Part shown: positions 23,320-36,301 of the stretch, piece by piece
How positions within the stretch are numbered: position 1 is the first letter of the stretch
Layout of the letters: every line of letters begins with the position of its first letter
Assembly: GCF_024521635.1 (NCBI RefSeq)
Contig: NW_026250418.1
Location: forward strand, 1-64,000
Reading direction: 5' to 3'
DNA length: 64,000 bases
Source: Tricharina praecox
Lineage: Eukaryota
Translations under genes and position numbers: made by a program
Notes under the pieces: generated by a model
The model's input: the letters and a program-made list of their open reading frames with translations, nothing else
Database searches by the model: none
Told to the model about the DNA's origin: nothing

Positions 23320-26082
23320 TCACTCATCTGCTCCATTCACATCCACCCCATTCACCGTCATCTCATCCCCCTTCTCCGCCACCGTCCCAGCCGTCAACTC
23401 CTCAAAAACCCTGCCCAGCACTTCCCTAGCACCAAACAAATTCCTAACCCTAAGCCTCTCATTATCCAGATGCGCCATATCGGACGCCTGACCACACGGC
23501 AGATGCGCAGCCGGCGCTCCAAACTCCTCTTCGAGGAATCTCGCGGCGGGGATCGATCCACCCTCGCGGATAAACAGTGGCTGTGCGCCCCACACGTGCG
23601 TTATTGCGCGCTGCAGTGAGCAGAACGCCGAGTTGGTGAAGTCGCCCAGCCACGCTTCGGCGCTGTGCGATATGTCGATTGAGAGGTTGTTGCTGCCTGG
23701 GTAGGAGGACGTGAGGTATGAGCGGAGAGAGGAGGTCACGCCCGAGACGGATTGATCCGGGACGATGCGCAGGGAGATAGTCGCGGACGCGGACCGTGGG
23801 ATCAGCGTGCTGTTGTTGCTGGGGCCGGACACGTCGACACGGTGGATGGTCAGCGAGGGGTACCGCCATTTCGACATCAGGTGGTCGGTGATTTCTTGGT
23901 GGGGCAGGCCGTGGAAGGGCGATGTCGGGTTGGCGTGGAGCGAGGCCGAGATGGGCAGGTACATTCGCTCCTCGGCGGGGGATAGAGGCCGGATGGGGGC
24001 GTTGAAGTCGGGGAGGAGGATCTCGCCAGTGGGGGAGGTGAGGTGGCTGAGGAGGGTGATCAGCTCGATGGTTGGCTCGCGGTTGAGCGAGCTGCCGTCG
24101 ACGCCGGAGTGCAGGTCCGGCTTTTCGGACTGGATGGTAATCGTGGCGTGAATGACTCCTCTAAGGCCATAGGTGAGGCAGGGTGTATCATCGTCGAGCC
24201 AGTACGAGTTGGCGAACACGATCCAGTCGACATTGCCGATCAGGTCTTTGTGTTTCCTGACAGTATCTTTGAATCCTCTCGATCCCGACTCCTCCTCGCC
24301 CTCGATCAGGAAGACGATGTCACTCTCCAATTTCCCCGACTGCAGCAGTTCCCCGGCGGCAAACAGCGCAGCCAGACACGGTCCCTTGTTGTCGCTCACT
24401 CCACGGCCGTAGAGGTAGCCATCGACGCCTGTGAGCGTGAAGGGATCCGTTTTCCAACCCGAGCCCTCGGCGCTGGCCGGAATAACATCGTAATGTCCGT
24501 AGAACAGCAGGGTCTTCCCCTTCTCCGCCTTCCTGTTCGCACCCTCAAACCTTGCAAACACCACCGGATTGCGACCGTCCTCCGTCGGCAGCAGCGACGC
24601 GGCAGCTCCAAGTCGTTTACACAGACTCTTCAGAAACGTCGCACCCCTCCGACACTCCTCAGCGCAGCTAGGATCCGAGCTCACCGTCCGGAGCGCCACC
24701 AGCTTCGCCAGCGAACTGAGCAACTCGCCCTCACCCTCGCCGCGCTCCTCCTTGCCCCCCTCCTTCGCCGGAAACGGCTCGACGTCCCACACGCCGACAC
24801 AATCGTCATTTCCACCGGTGATGTACAGCAGCCTCCCGTTCTTCTCGGTCACCGCACTGGCCAGCACCAGCCCCTCGTGCGCCCGCCACCTACTCACACA
24901 CTCAAATCTCATATTCCACTTCCGCGTGAACCCGCTCGCGCTGCCGGAGAAGATACACTCCCCCTTCACCGCCAGCGTAAGCACGTCGTCGCAGTGCGCC
25001 TGCACACTCCTGACCTTCTGGCAGGTGTCCAGATCCCAAATATGTATTTCGCCGTCCGTAAGACCCGTGTAGAGCAGCGTATCCTTCACAACCATACTCA
25101 GCACGCCCGAGTCGCCACCAGCGAGCGTGCGCAGCTCCGAGATCCCACCAGTGATCGGATCAATCGCCCACAACTTAACATCCCCGTCGCCACCGCCCGT
25201 GAGCAGGAGCGACCCGGCGCCCAGCCCGATCTGCGCGGCAGGGAGGACCTGCATGCAGTAGACGTACCCAAAATGCGCGTACTGGACGATATTCGCGGGC
25301 TCGATCTCGAGCAGGGTCTTTCCGCGGGCACCCTCCTCTGCCGCTGGATCCTCGGCCTCATCCTCCTCCTCGTCGGGCCGGGGCGTGCACCTCCCGCCGG
25401 GCCCCTTCGAGTCGAAGAAGCGGTGCACGCGCTTGCTCGGATGGGCCTCGCCAGACACGGATTTTGCGCCGGCGGCGCCGGCGCCGCGCAGGTCGATCCA
25501 CTGCACGGATGTGTTCTGTGCGCCGAAGTACGCTGTCCGCGAGGACACCGAGTACGCTACGCAGAAGACGTCGCCCACGTCGAATGTCGAATAGATCGTG
25601 TACAGGTTCGTGAATGTGCGCGGACACCACACTTGCACGATCGCATCGCCGGCGGAGGAGAAGAGGAGTTCGCCCTCGCCGGAGGAGGAGGGGCTGGAGG
25701 AGAGGTGTAGCGACAGCACGCTGCCAGAGTGCCCGCGTAGTGTGGCTACTAGGGAGTACGTCGCCAGCGACCACACCAGCACCGAGCCCGACTGCGAGCC
25801 CGCGAAGATGTGCGTGCTGTTGAGGGCAAGCGAGAGGATGCTGCGCGTGTAGCGCAGCCGGTGCAGCAGTGTTACGCCCGCGGTCGAGGTGCTCATCGTG
25901 CAGGTGTGTGTGGTGTGTGGGCGGCGGTTGGTGGTGCAGACGCGGGCGAGGAACGGCTTCTTCGCGGCGGCGGTGCGGTGCTGGTGCTGGTGCTGGTCGT
26001 GCTGAAGAGTGTACTGGTGGTGGTCGTGGTGGTAGTCCGGCGGTGGGGTAGGGTTGTCGCGAGAGATCGTGTGGGGATCCAT
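23320..26082 (-). CDS. DUG2: Dug2-like glutathione-degradation protein (N-terminal WD40 repeats plus M20 peptidase-like domain), intronless; start at 26082 or 25896
   Basis: WD repeats (GHSGSVLSL, LLTGGGDGDVKLW, AHCDDVLTL, GGNDDCVGVWD) followed by M20 motifs YGHYDV, GRGVSDNKG, EGEEESGS, ANSYW, REGGSIP and AHLDNE. This domain order is characteristic of Dug2. Confidence 0.92.
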   Translation of the reverse strand: MDPHTISRDNPTPPPDYHHDHHQYTLQHDQHQHQHRTAAAKKPFLARVCTTNRRPHTTHTCTMSTSTAGVTLLHRLRYTRSILSLALNSTHIFAGSQSGSVLVWSLATYSLVATLRGHSGSVLSLHLSSSPSSSGEGELLFSSAGDAIVQVWCPRTFTNLYTIYSTFDVGDVFCVAYSVSSRTAYFGAQNTSVQWIDLRGAGAAGAKSVSGEAHPSKRVHRFFDSKGPGGRCTPRPDEEEDEAEDPAAEEGARGKTLLEIEPANIVQYAHFGYVYCMQVLPAAQIGLGAGSLLLTGGGDGDVKLWAIDPITGGISELRTLAGGDSGVLSMVVKDTLLYTGLTDGEIHIWDLDTCQKVRSVQAHCDDVLTLAVKGECIFSGSASGFTRKWNMRFECVSRWRAHEGLVLASAVTEKNGRLLYITGGNDDCVGVWDVEPFPAKEGGKEERGEGEGELLSSLAKLVALRTVSSDPSCAEECRRGATFLKSLCKRLGAAASLLPTEDGRNPVVFARFEGANRKAEKGKTLLFYGHYDVIPASAEGSGWKTDPFTLTGVDGYLYGRGVSDNKGPCLAALFAAGELLQSGKLESDIVFLIEGEEESGSRGFKDTVRKHKDLIGNVDWIVFANSYWLDDDTPCLTYGLRGVIHATITIQSEKPDLHSGVDGSSLNREPTIELITLLSHLTSPTGEILLPDFNAPIRPLSPAEERMYLPISASLHANPTSPFHGLPHQEITDHLMSKWRYPSLTIHRVDVSGPSNNSTLIPRSASATISLRIVPDQSVSGVTSSLRSYLTSSYPGSNNLSIDISHSAEAWLGDFTNSAFCSLQRAITHVWGAQPLFIREGGSIPAARFLEEEFGAPAAHLPCGQASDMAHLDNERLRVRNLFGAREVLGRVFEELTAGTVAEKGDEMTVNGVDVNGADE

Positions 26083-27041
26083 AGTGGGTGGATGGATGGC
26101 GTCACCGCGTGTAGCTATGTCGTGAGATTCGTGAAGCGAAGGGAAGGGAAGGGAGCTCACAAACTTTGGCTCCCTATTTCACTGAGTGACCGAGCTCCTG
26201 AGACTACATCTCAGCTCTTCACTCCGACAAAGAAAGTCCCGGCCAGCCAATCGCAATACGGGTTGCCCGTATATGTAGATCCCGTGCCATGGCCGTGGCC
26301 ATGGCGTCCGAGACCCTTCAAAGTTCAGCTGCCCGTCGCCGTCTCAAAGCGTGGCTACACCTCCCGCATCTGGTCACAGCACCAGATTGCCGAGCATCTC
26401 ACAACAACACAGCGACACAGCGTCTCACGAGTCACACAGCAAGCACTCCGCAGCACACTGAATTGTAAAAACAACAGCATCGGGCTGTCAAGTCATCACA
26501 ACGCCCTCATCTCCCCCCACCACAATCACCATCTTTATCGCCATGGCAATTGCTATATACAGCAACCCCCAATGCTCCATCCCCACCATTCAATACCCTC
26601 CATCGTAAAAGTAAAATCCTCCTCCTCCGTCAGTAGGCCGAAGTGACGCAACGGAATCAGAATCAGAATCAAAATCAAGAAGCAGAAAAAGAAAAAGAAA
26701 AAACATTAACCCATCACACAGAAAGTCAAATAAAATCAGAACTGCATCAAATCGCAATCAGTGAGAAGAAAAGAAAAAAAGGATAAGGAAAACAGAAACG
26801 AAAATGCAAACAGGGCGGGATATATCGCCCAGGAAGAAGAGAAGAAGAGAAAAAAAAAATAGAAAAAAAAGACTAAACACATAAGTCGCCATAAACCCAC
26901 GATCATGCGCAGGTGTGAAGAAAAGAGAGAGAGAGATAAAGAGAAAGAAAAGCGTTCAAATAATTAGCCCACCCATCCATCCAGCAGCTGTTCACGCGTC
27001 TATCATACAATCCCCACACCCCGTTCCGCATTTGTTCACGA

Positions 27042-29262
27042 TCATACGGCCTTGTCCTTCGGCCCCAACAGCGGCGAATGCTCCGAACTCAGCGCACGTT
27101 TATGTCTACTCTTATTGGAGTGACCTGACTTTGTGCTCGAGCTATCTTCGTACTCCTCCTCGCTGCTTGTCGTCTCGATGATGGTCTTTGGGATACCTCC
27201 AACGACATCGGTTCGCTCGATCAGACTCCCCGTGCGCGCCTTCTTCTTGTATCCCGCCGGCACCGGCGCGCGGAGTGTTCGTCCCGCATCGCTGTTGGGG
27301 TTGTCGGAGAACTGCAGGATGGCGGAGTCGGACACAGGTTTTCTTAATGTGTTGGAGGGGTAATCGGCGGGGCCGTCCTGGTAGCCAAAGTTGGCCAGGG
27401 ACGGTCGCTGTCCGGGGTCCTCGGACCGCCGCGTGGGGTCGACGTGCTTGATCTTAACAGTCTTGCTCGTGGTTTCCCGGGGGCGGCCGGCAAGGTTCGC
27501 GGGCCCTAGTGTGAGGTGTGCTATCACTTCGTCAGAGAGACCTGGAACTCTGGCTCCGGAGTGCTTGCGACCCCGACCCATCGATGATGCTTCATCAATG
27601 TGCGCGGGGGTTCCTACACGCAGCGCCGGTTCCGGGCCCGTCGTGATCAGGAGGTCGGCGCTTTCGCCGGGGTGGGCGGCGGCAACGGCGGACGCGGTTT
27701 GGGCGAGCATGTGGGCGTCGGCATTGCGCGCGACGTATTGAGCTTCGATCTTGGCACGGGCGGCGTGGCTGAGGGACAGGGGCGATGGGTTGAGACGGCG
27801 GATTGCTTTGTGCACATCAATAAAGACGTCGCTCTCGTCGACGATTTCCTCGCCGATGAGCTCCTCAATGACATCCTCCAGCGTGACCACACCGAGCGCA
27901 CCATGGTTCTCACCGGGATATTCAGACACGAGAACCATGTGCGACTTACCCTCCTGGAAGAAGTTGACGATATCGAGGCAGGAAGTATCTTCGGCGGTTT
28001 CCGGAAGCGTAGCGAGTGGGAATTCGTGCACGGGCCTAGCATCTTCGGGATCGTACGTGATCAGCACCTTGACTAGCAGCATACCAACGAAATTGGTTGG
28101 CTCGCCCGGCGCGTGGATCGGAATCCGCGAGTATCCGGCCGACAAGATGTCGTCCATAGTCTCCTCGTCGAGCAGCTGGTTGGCAGACATGGTGAACACA
28201 TCCTTAATGGGCGTCATGATTGCGCCAACCGGCTTCTCCTTCAGATCCAACACAGCCGAAATAATCGTAACCTCGTCCTGATTGAGACGTTCCGAAGGGT
28301 GCGGTCCCAGGCTCTTGTGCAGCGTGACGAGTGTCTTGAGTCCGGCCTTCTTGTAGACAGTGCCGTGGTCTTCTCCGAGGATGTAATCGAGGAGGAGCGC
28401 GGTAGGGTATGCGACCGGGTACATCAGGTACATCAACGCGAGCACGAAACTATCGGTCGTCAGCACACATACCTATAGACGGGGGGGCACGAATTGAATC
28501 GTCACTTACGGTGAGAACAATGCACCAACACCGAGTCCGTATCTGACACAGATAGACTGCGGGATGATTTCTCCAAAGATGACTATTCGCACGCACACCC
28601 ATCAGCATTCCACCCTCCCGGCATTAATCAATCGCACACCAGTCTCAACATACCGATCAAAACCGTACTGCTCAACACGGCGGGCCATCCTCCTCCCAGA
28701 CTGCGATCGAGCACGATGGGCAATGTCTCGTTGGTGATGACATTACTCAACAGCAGCGTGACGAGGACCCAATGCTTTCCCCTCTTGAGCAGATTCAGCA
28801 CCTTGGTGGCATTGCGCTTCTCGTTGTCGTCGCCGCTCTGCTGGATGACCTGCAGGTAGATCTCATCCTGTCCCATCAACCTGTTTTCCGTCAGCACCCT
28901 CCGCATTACCACAACTCCCCCCCTCCCCCGCAGGGGCTCCGCGAGATCGGATCGATCACTCACCCTAAAGTCAAACCAGCAAACACGCCACCGAGCAAGA
29001 CGAGGGAGACGGCGACACTGAAGTAGACCCAAAAGCCATGTTCATTTTCGGCGCCCTCCTCTTCTGCGGCGGCCTGGACATCAAAGTGCGAGAAGTGCGC
29101 GGTCGGATGGCTCCGCACGAGCTTGGGCAGGTTCGCTATCGCCAAAAGCCCCAGCTTTGCAAGCTTTTGGTAGCCAAATCCACCGCTGCCGCCGCCGCCA
29201 ACGCTGGGGGCATGACGTAATGAACGGAGCGTCGAGGAGCTGCTGCGCGTGGGCGTCGGCAT
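27042..29262 (-). CDS. MAM3: Mam3/CNNM-type DUF21 plus CBS-pair membrane protein, 4 exons (29262-28964, 28880-28654, 28582-28510, 28449-27042), ~668 aa
   Basis: [70 protein letters not shown] and [22 protein letters not shown]. Three GT-AG introns restore one frame. Confidence 0.93.
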
Positions 29263-31008
29263 TCAGTGCTTGTTCTTTTTGGTTTTACTGCGTTGCGCGG
29301 CGCTGCTGGGAAATTTGCGAGGGGAGGCGTTTTTGGGGTGCGGTGCGGTGGGTGCGGGATTGGGGCGGTGGAAGTTGTGTGTTTAGGTGTATGTAGGATA
29401 GGATGTATGTGTGTATGTGTGTATGTAGGGCCCAGGAGAAAAGAAGGAGCGTTCGGAACGGACAGGAGCAAACTGGACAGGACTCGACAGGACTGGACAG
29501 GATTGGACAGGACGGTGCGCGGCGGAGGGTGGGTGGTAGAGTAGGTGTCGGATAATATTAATTTGATTTGGCAAGCGGGATGGCACTACACTCTAAACAA
29601 GAACGAGCAGAGCAGAGCAGAACGAAGTCGGAAGGGATGCTACAGACACACAGCAGAGTGGAGTAGGTAATACGGTAGTTACTTGGCTGGCTAGCACGCA
29701 AGAGAAGTTAGAACGGCCGGTCTGGGTACAGAGAGTTATGGATGTTATGGATGTATGGTACGGGGGGTGTTAGGGGGAGAAAGTATACGCGGCCCTCTGT
29801 CGCTTTCTCGTTCTCTTTCGCGTTCTCTTCAACGGCGGCGTCGTCTGCTAGAGTCGGTAGAGTCGGTATAGAATGACCGAACTCGTGGACTGTGGAGAAA
29901 GGAAAGCAGAGTACTTCTAGAACACTCTCAATTGCCACCCCGTAAGGCCCCGTCCGCGTCCCCGTCACCGTCGATCGAAAAGCCCGGATTCCGTGCAAAA
30001 GTCGGAATCTTCCAAGATCCCAAGACGACTAAGATATCACCGAATCTCCAAGACATAACCAAGGCGACCAAGACATCATCGAAACGAACAACACATCGCC
30101 AAAACGGCCAAGGCACTACATACAAGTGATCCTCCCCAGCGACCTTCGCGAATGTCGGGGAAGGAAACCCTTCAATTCTCTCTAGTCGATTCAATTGCAC
30201 CCGTTTCTACAATTGCACCCGTTTACTCGCCAGTTTACACGCCTCCTTCTCCCCAGCTTTCAAGTCACCATCTTGGAAAGAGTCGAGACATCACCGAGAC
30301 TAGTTGAGGCTCGCAACACCTCATCCGGCCTCCCCCACGGTTCAACCAGTCACCAGTCACCAAACACGAAAACTCGTATGTGTGTATCACCCAGTGCGCG
30401 ACAACGAAAAGCAGGTTTATATTCACGCGGCATCGCACTCGCATCACAGCACATCGCATTCCCCAACAGAAAAAAACTTGAGGAAAGAAAAGAAAAGAAA
30501 AGAAAAGAAAATTGATGTTGATGACATCGCTCCATCTTAACTGCACGTGCAAGCTACTGGACAACAAAAGAAAAGAAAAAAGGGAAAAAAAAAAAGAAAG
30601 AAAGAAAAAAACGGGAGAAAAAGAAAAAGAAAGGCGGGCGGGGCAGGCGGGGGCGGAGGAGGATGGGAAGAAGTAGGAGGAGGGCGGAAAAGTGCCATGC
30701 CATAGATACCGTTTCCGTTTCACCCAAAGCAGCGCCACACGATTTGAACTCCATATCATATCTAGGAGAACTGCAAGAGACAAGAGACAAGACAAGACAG
30801 ATTTAACCAAGCACTCCCGCCGCGCCCCCGCCCCGCCCCGGACCAGCAGAGTCCAGACAACACCGTTCCCCCATAACCAAACTAACTTTTGAAACCCCAC
30901 TGCTATCAATCAACCAAGCCAAACGAGAATACAACTGTACAGATGCGAGCCAAGAAAAGAAAGAAAAAACCAGAACAGAGCAATTCCACGAACACGAACG
31001 AAAATGAT

Positions 31009-32632
31009 CTATTGCAGGAGCGGATCGCGGTAATGCTTCTGGGAATTGCCCTTGAGGTTGACAATGCGCTCGAATTTTCTCCGGCCACGAGCCTCCTCCG
31101 CCTGTGCGAGTTTCGTGAACTTGGCGACGTCGCGCTTCTGCGAAGTGGTGGCGCCGGTCATGCCGAGGTCACCGCGTCTGGCAACAGCCCTGGCCTCCTC
31201 TCTCCTCTCGCGGCGGTTGAGCGCGCGCTCGCCGTCCTCGCCAACCTCGACGCCGCCCTCCTCGTCGTCCTCGTCGTCCGCGGCACGGCGGTATTCGACG
31301 GCGCGTCTGGTGGGTGCGATGGGGTGGTCGCGTAGATTCTGTCGGTAGTAGCGCGCGAGCGATCGATGCCCGACGGAGCGGCCCGAGGGAAGATGTAGCT
31401 CGTATTCGTCGTGGTAGATGTGGCTGTGAGCGTGCGAATGCCATCCGTCCTGCATGTGGTGTCCTGCTGCCTCGCCGCGCCGGCTGGGACGGACACGGTC
31501 GATGGGGATCGAGCCCAGATTCGTAGAATCGACAGAGGTGTCGGAATCCGTCTCCCACGCCTCACCTTCGGCCTCACCGCCAGCAACATCCTCATCCTCC
31601 CACTCGTCGTCTCCGTTGTCCTTCTTATCGGAAGTCTCGGCGGCGTCGTCGGAACTGGAGGACTCTTCACCGGCATCGGAGTACGTGCTTCGGAAGTCGT
31701 AGAACTGACCCAACTCGATCTGCTGTTCCTCCGTCTCGAAACCGAGCATGGTGTGGCCCTTATCCTGCATATGAGTCCTGATCCCTTCCAGTCCTCCCTT
31801 CTGTTTGTTGCAGTACAGGCACTGGTTACCAAGCACCAACTTCTGTCCCAGATATGTCATCAAACCCGCCAGATCGACCAGGTACGACGCCTCGGGAATG
31901 AACAAGCCGTGCGCTTTGGTCATGTGGCTAACGTTGAGCGTGAGCGACGGCGACACGTACGGGCAGAACAAACACGCCTCGAGTGTCAGCGCCTGCAGCA
32001 GCTCCTCCTTGCCAGGCGCCTCACTGGGTGTCGGCGTCGAATCGCCCGAAACGTTGAGAGCCTCGACCTTCTCCGCCAGCGCCGCCTCCGCCGCCTGCGC
32101 TTCCTTCTCCTCGCCTCCGTTCGCAGTAACCGGCTCTCCCAGCGAGAAGGTCGAGCTGACCACACTGGCGGTCTCGTCCCTCTCCGTCGCACCCCGTGCG
32201 CTGGCACCACTGCCCCTGGCGCGGATCGCATTCATCTGAGCAGTGGCAACATTCTGTCGGTGCTTGTGGCTGCCCAGGTGATTTACGTAGCCGTTCTCGG
32301 AGTAGTATGTCTTGTTGCAGGCGGCGCAGTTCTTCTCGAAGGTGGCACGCTCGCGTTCGAGACGGGTGCTGGCTTGTGCGTGCAGAACCTTTTCGGCGAA
32401 GGTTTCCGAGGAAAGTGGCGGCAGCTCGGCTACTTTACGCTTGAGGTTGTATTGACTGCGAGGGGAGTTAGAGCCAGCGTGAACGTGAGTGGGGAGTCAG
32501 TGGGGAGGTGGGAACGTACTGCCAGTCGGTGTGGTAGTGGTTCCGTTGCGCCTCGTTCGCTCGGAAGGCAACCTGGCAGGTATTGCATGTGAAGGGATGC
32601 GTCGAAGCTCCGGCCGCAAGTACTGAAGTCAT
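31009..32632 (-). CDS. REI1: Pre-60S maturation factor Rei1/Reh1 (C2H2 zinc fingers), 2 exons (32632-32520, 32455-31009), ~519 aa
   Basis: FTCNTCQVAF...QRNHYHTDWHQYNLKRKVAELPP, CLFC...HMTKAHGLFIPE, CLYCN...HMQDKGH, FYDFRSTY, LPSGRSVGHRSLARYYRQ and terminal HYRDPLLQ. Intron GTACGT...ctaac...CAG. Confidence 0.95.
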
Positions 32633-34266
32633 GGCTGGCAGACGATGTGTGGTGGTTGTGGTTGTGGTAGTGGTTTAGCAGTGGTGGTGTGATCGAGGGG
32701 TTGGAGGGGTAGTTGTAGTATTATCGGTAGTAGCGTAGCGGCTGGGGTAATCGGGGTGTAGTCGTATTATCAGGAACGGCAGGTGACGACGAGGGTCTAG
32801 CGGCGGGGTCGTTCGAGTGGAGGTGGAGGAGTAGGAAGGAGAGGCTGGCAGAAGAGAACGGGGAATGGGGAGGGTTTTGAGTTCGGTAGATGGGCGGGTG
32901 GGTGGGGGAGGGATCGAATATGTAGGGCGGCGGGTCGGGAGGCGGAAATTTGGGTTGTGGGTGAGAGAGAGTGAGTGAGGCGAGACCGAACTGGATCTGC
33001 CTGCGTCTTCTTGTTCTTATTCTTTCTCTTTGTGCCGTTCTGTCGCGGGAGACGGGGAAGGCAGCTGCTGCGCAGTGGAGTGTCTACTATACTCTAGTGT
33101 TGTGCCAATAGGAAGCGTCGGTCTGGGAAGCACAGGAGAAGTCAGGCACGCGGCGTGAGAGAGGTCGAAGTCTGGTTGGCCGTTGCTATTGTGGTGGTGG
33201 TGGTGGTGGAGAAGTCACTGGCAGAGGATGCGGCGGCGAGAGCGGTGGATCCGGCGGATGGGGTTGGGTTTGCTGGGTTGGCTCCCATCTGCTCTGCTAG
33301 CAACCGCACGCTTCTTTCGGCTACACAAGAAAATTCTACAGACACTCATCACTGTGAGTACATACGGTACTCACTTGGTCACCAGCAGAGAAAAAAGGGC
33401 AATTGCCACTCGCTCACCAATCACCCTATGAAGCCTCAATCGCAGACGAAAGTCGGAAGGTCGCACTCGGAACGAACGAAGGGGACACATCTGTGCTGCT
33501 GCTGCTGTGCTGTTGCTGCTGTCCCAGCCCAGCCACCGGCCACACTCAGACATCTCGAGTGGAGTATACAGACCCGACCCGAGAAGCAAAGCAGAAGCAG
33601 ATCAAAGCAGAAGGGCCCTGTCGACTCGACTCGACTCGACTCGACTCGGCGCATGCCATGCAGTGTAGAGCAGTGCAGAGCTGGTTGTACATGTATGCAA
33701 TTCTTCTCGAATTATTCTCTCGGACGTTTGGCACACGAAACCCGCAGCCGTCGGTGCCGCAAATCGACCACCAACGTGGGGATCGAATTCTGCAGCAGCT
33801 CAGCTCCTCTCTCTGATCTCGCACGAAGCTGAGCGACAGCGAAAGCAAAACGGACTGTCCAGCTATGTAGATACCGTACATATGCAGCTCACTCTCAGAA
33901 ACTATCAGTATCTAACTATCATTCCTCATCTGTCGCCGAAGAAGAAGACGCCGTTCTCCATCATCACTGTGACTCGCCGCCGAAAAAGTCATTCTCCATC
34001 ACTATGACTGGCCGTTTCTTTTCTTTCCTTTTTTTCTTTTTGTCACGAGCCAGCTGACGAGCGACGAGCGGCCGTGTGGAGCCGCAGGGCGCGGCGCAGA
34101 AGTCGCAGACTGTCTTTTGCTTAGGGCTACGCTAGTTGACTAAACCACTGACAAGGGCCGTGTGAGATGACGTCGGTGCCGTCCGGATGCTGGCAAGGGC
34201 AGGGGAAGGGAAGGGAACCGCGAAGTCGAAGTGGAAGGGCCGACCGGCGGATCGGTAACTACGAAC

Positions 34267-34309
34267 ACGAAGGGACGAACGAAGGGACGAACGAAGGGAC
34301 GAACGAAGG
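34267..34309. repeat. 12-bp tandem repeat (GAAGGGACGAAC) x3
   Basis: acgaagggacgaacgaagggacgaacgaagggacgaacgaagg. Confidence 0.85.
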
Positions 34310-34588
34310 CCATGGACACACGAGCATCATCCTGTCCCGACAAACGACGCAGGGGAACCCACGGGCGGGCGGGACAGAGACGCGTATGGGATAGAGTGTC
34401 GTGTACACCGCCCACGGTATTGCGGCCAGCCAGCAAGCAAGCAGCATGCAGCACCCATACGCACGTAGGTACCATCCCAGACACTCGACGCAGTTACCTA
34501 CATCTACATACGGCAAAATTCCCTCTTACCCTTTACCTCTGCACAACGAACAAGGGAGTACATAAGCAACTGTGCGGCGCAGACTTCG

Positions 34589-34591
<3 letters not shown>

Positions 34592-34650
<59 letters not shown>
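34592..34650. repeat. (AG)n microsatellite
   Basis: ~59 bp perfect GA run. Confidence 0.95.
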
Positions 34651-34651
<1 letters not shown>

Positions 34652-36224
34652 ACCGAGCACCGAGCATCGAAAGAACACGAACACGACCTTCAACGACGTT
34701 GAACCCTTCCTCCGCTCCGCGCCACTCGGCCTCCACTCTTGCATTTAGGCTGAGTGCGGCGCCCGGAAACACGGCTCAAGCCTCCATGGCGCCGGCGGTC
34801 GGTCGGTCGCCCCTCCCCCCACGCAAACCCAGACTGGCTATTCCTTCTATGTACGAGACGACTTGTTCCCTCCTACATACATAGGGATGAGGACTGCATC
34901 CCTGCCCGAGACGAAGCGAACGCCGAACGCCGATCTGGGGAACACCGGCACAGCAGGTGGGTGGGTGGGACAACAACAACTATTCGGTGGGTGATGTGTA
35001 CCGATACATTCCATTCGAATTCTACATATGTCTTGGGTTTCTGTCGAGGCGGAACTGTGTTTCGATCCACTAAATCGCGGTTTCCTGCTGATATGGACAC
35101 ATGGCTGAAGACGGTCACTCGTGGTCTTGCACGCGGTCTTTGCACGCGGTCCGTCTGGCAGGGGCTATTCCCCGACCCCGGAGTTCAGGCCCACTTCCAG
35201 TTGCTGACGGGGCCGGGGCCGGGAGTGATTTCGCATTCCGCTCCGGCCTCGGCTTCCGGTGTCCGGCTGCACGTGGGGCTGGAGCTGCAAAACACAGAAA
35301 GGCTGCAAAAGCGCTCTCACATACGGCATCGTATTTAGAGTACTCTACTCATTCTCCATGCAAGTTGCAAACTGGTCGGTACATAAATACGAAGAATAAT
35401 ACTACAAAAGCCAACACCGACATCCTCATACTCTTCTCCAACCAGCCGCGTACATAACCAAGTGACAAATCGGCACGTTTGAAATACAGCTCCGCTGGAT
35501 AAGCTTACCTATCTGTTGCTTATCGGTCTGCATACCGGTACATAAGTACCGGTACCCATCTACATACCTACATCCCAGAAAACCCTGTGGTGGTACGGTT
35601 CCGAAACCAAACACATATGTACATACTCGGCTCTTTCCCGATACGAAGGAGAACCAGGTAAACCTACAAAATCCAACCGTGAGGTCTCGTACATATGTAA
35701 CTGGAACACCAGCACACAGATAACACACCCACTCACCCATTCACTCACCACACCACCAGTCGTTGCCGACCTACCCGGCGCATAACCCAGCATCCGAGGT
35801 GGGTGGGTGTGCGTGGAGGGGAGGTGGGGCAGAAAAAAAAGCTTGTTTTCCTGGTATGTACCACAAGGCGTGCAAGTTGCGCATGTCCGATTCCCCGGGG
35901 CTGAGGTTGGGATGGGTCATGTGTGGGCACTCGGGTGCGGCTGTGGTTGTGGTAGTTGTGCTGGTTACGGTGGTACATATGTGCCGGCCTCAGTCGGAGT
36001 CAGTCGGAGTCAGATACTGTGGGTTTACGTTACGTTAAAGAAAGATGTGATCATTAATCGGCCAGGGAGAAAAGCAAAGCGAATAATGGTTGGTGAGACC
36101 TTGAGGAGCGGGGGAGAGGAGAGGGGGGAAGGACTAATCGCTTGAAGTAGAAGTTTAGAGCACTGGGGAAGAACTAGGTGTCCAGCAGCCAGAAGCCTGC
36201 AGGGCAATCATCGATGTCCGAGTA

Positions 36225-36301
36225 GGGGTGTGAGCTTAGATGGGGTGTGAGCTTGGATGGGGGTGTGAGCTTGGATGAGGTGTGAGCTTAGATGGGGTGT
36301 G
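36225..36301. repeat. 17-bp tandem repeat (GGGGTGTGAGCTTRGAT), ~4.5 copies
   Basis: Four near-identical units plus a partial one, with no spacers between them. Confidence 0.88.

Noticed and set aside
24043..25710. 555-aa plus-strand ORF
   Set aside because: Antisense to DUG2. High GC3 codon bias suppresses stops on the opposite strand.
31411..32592. 393-aa plus-strand ORF
   Set aside because: Antisense shadow of REI1.
36225..36301. Short direct repeats as a CRISPR-like array (also 34267 and 63405)
   Set aside because: Units are contiguous with no unique spacers, the context is eukaryotic, and there are no cas genes.
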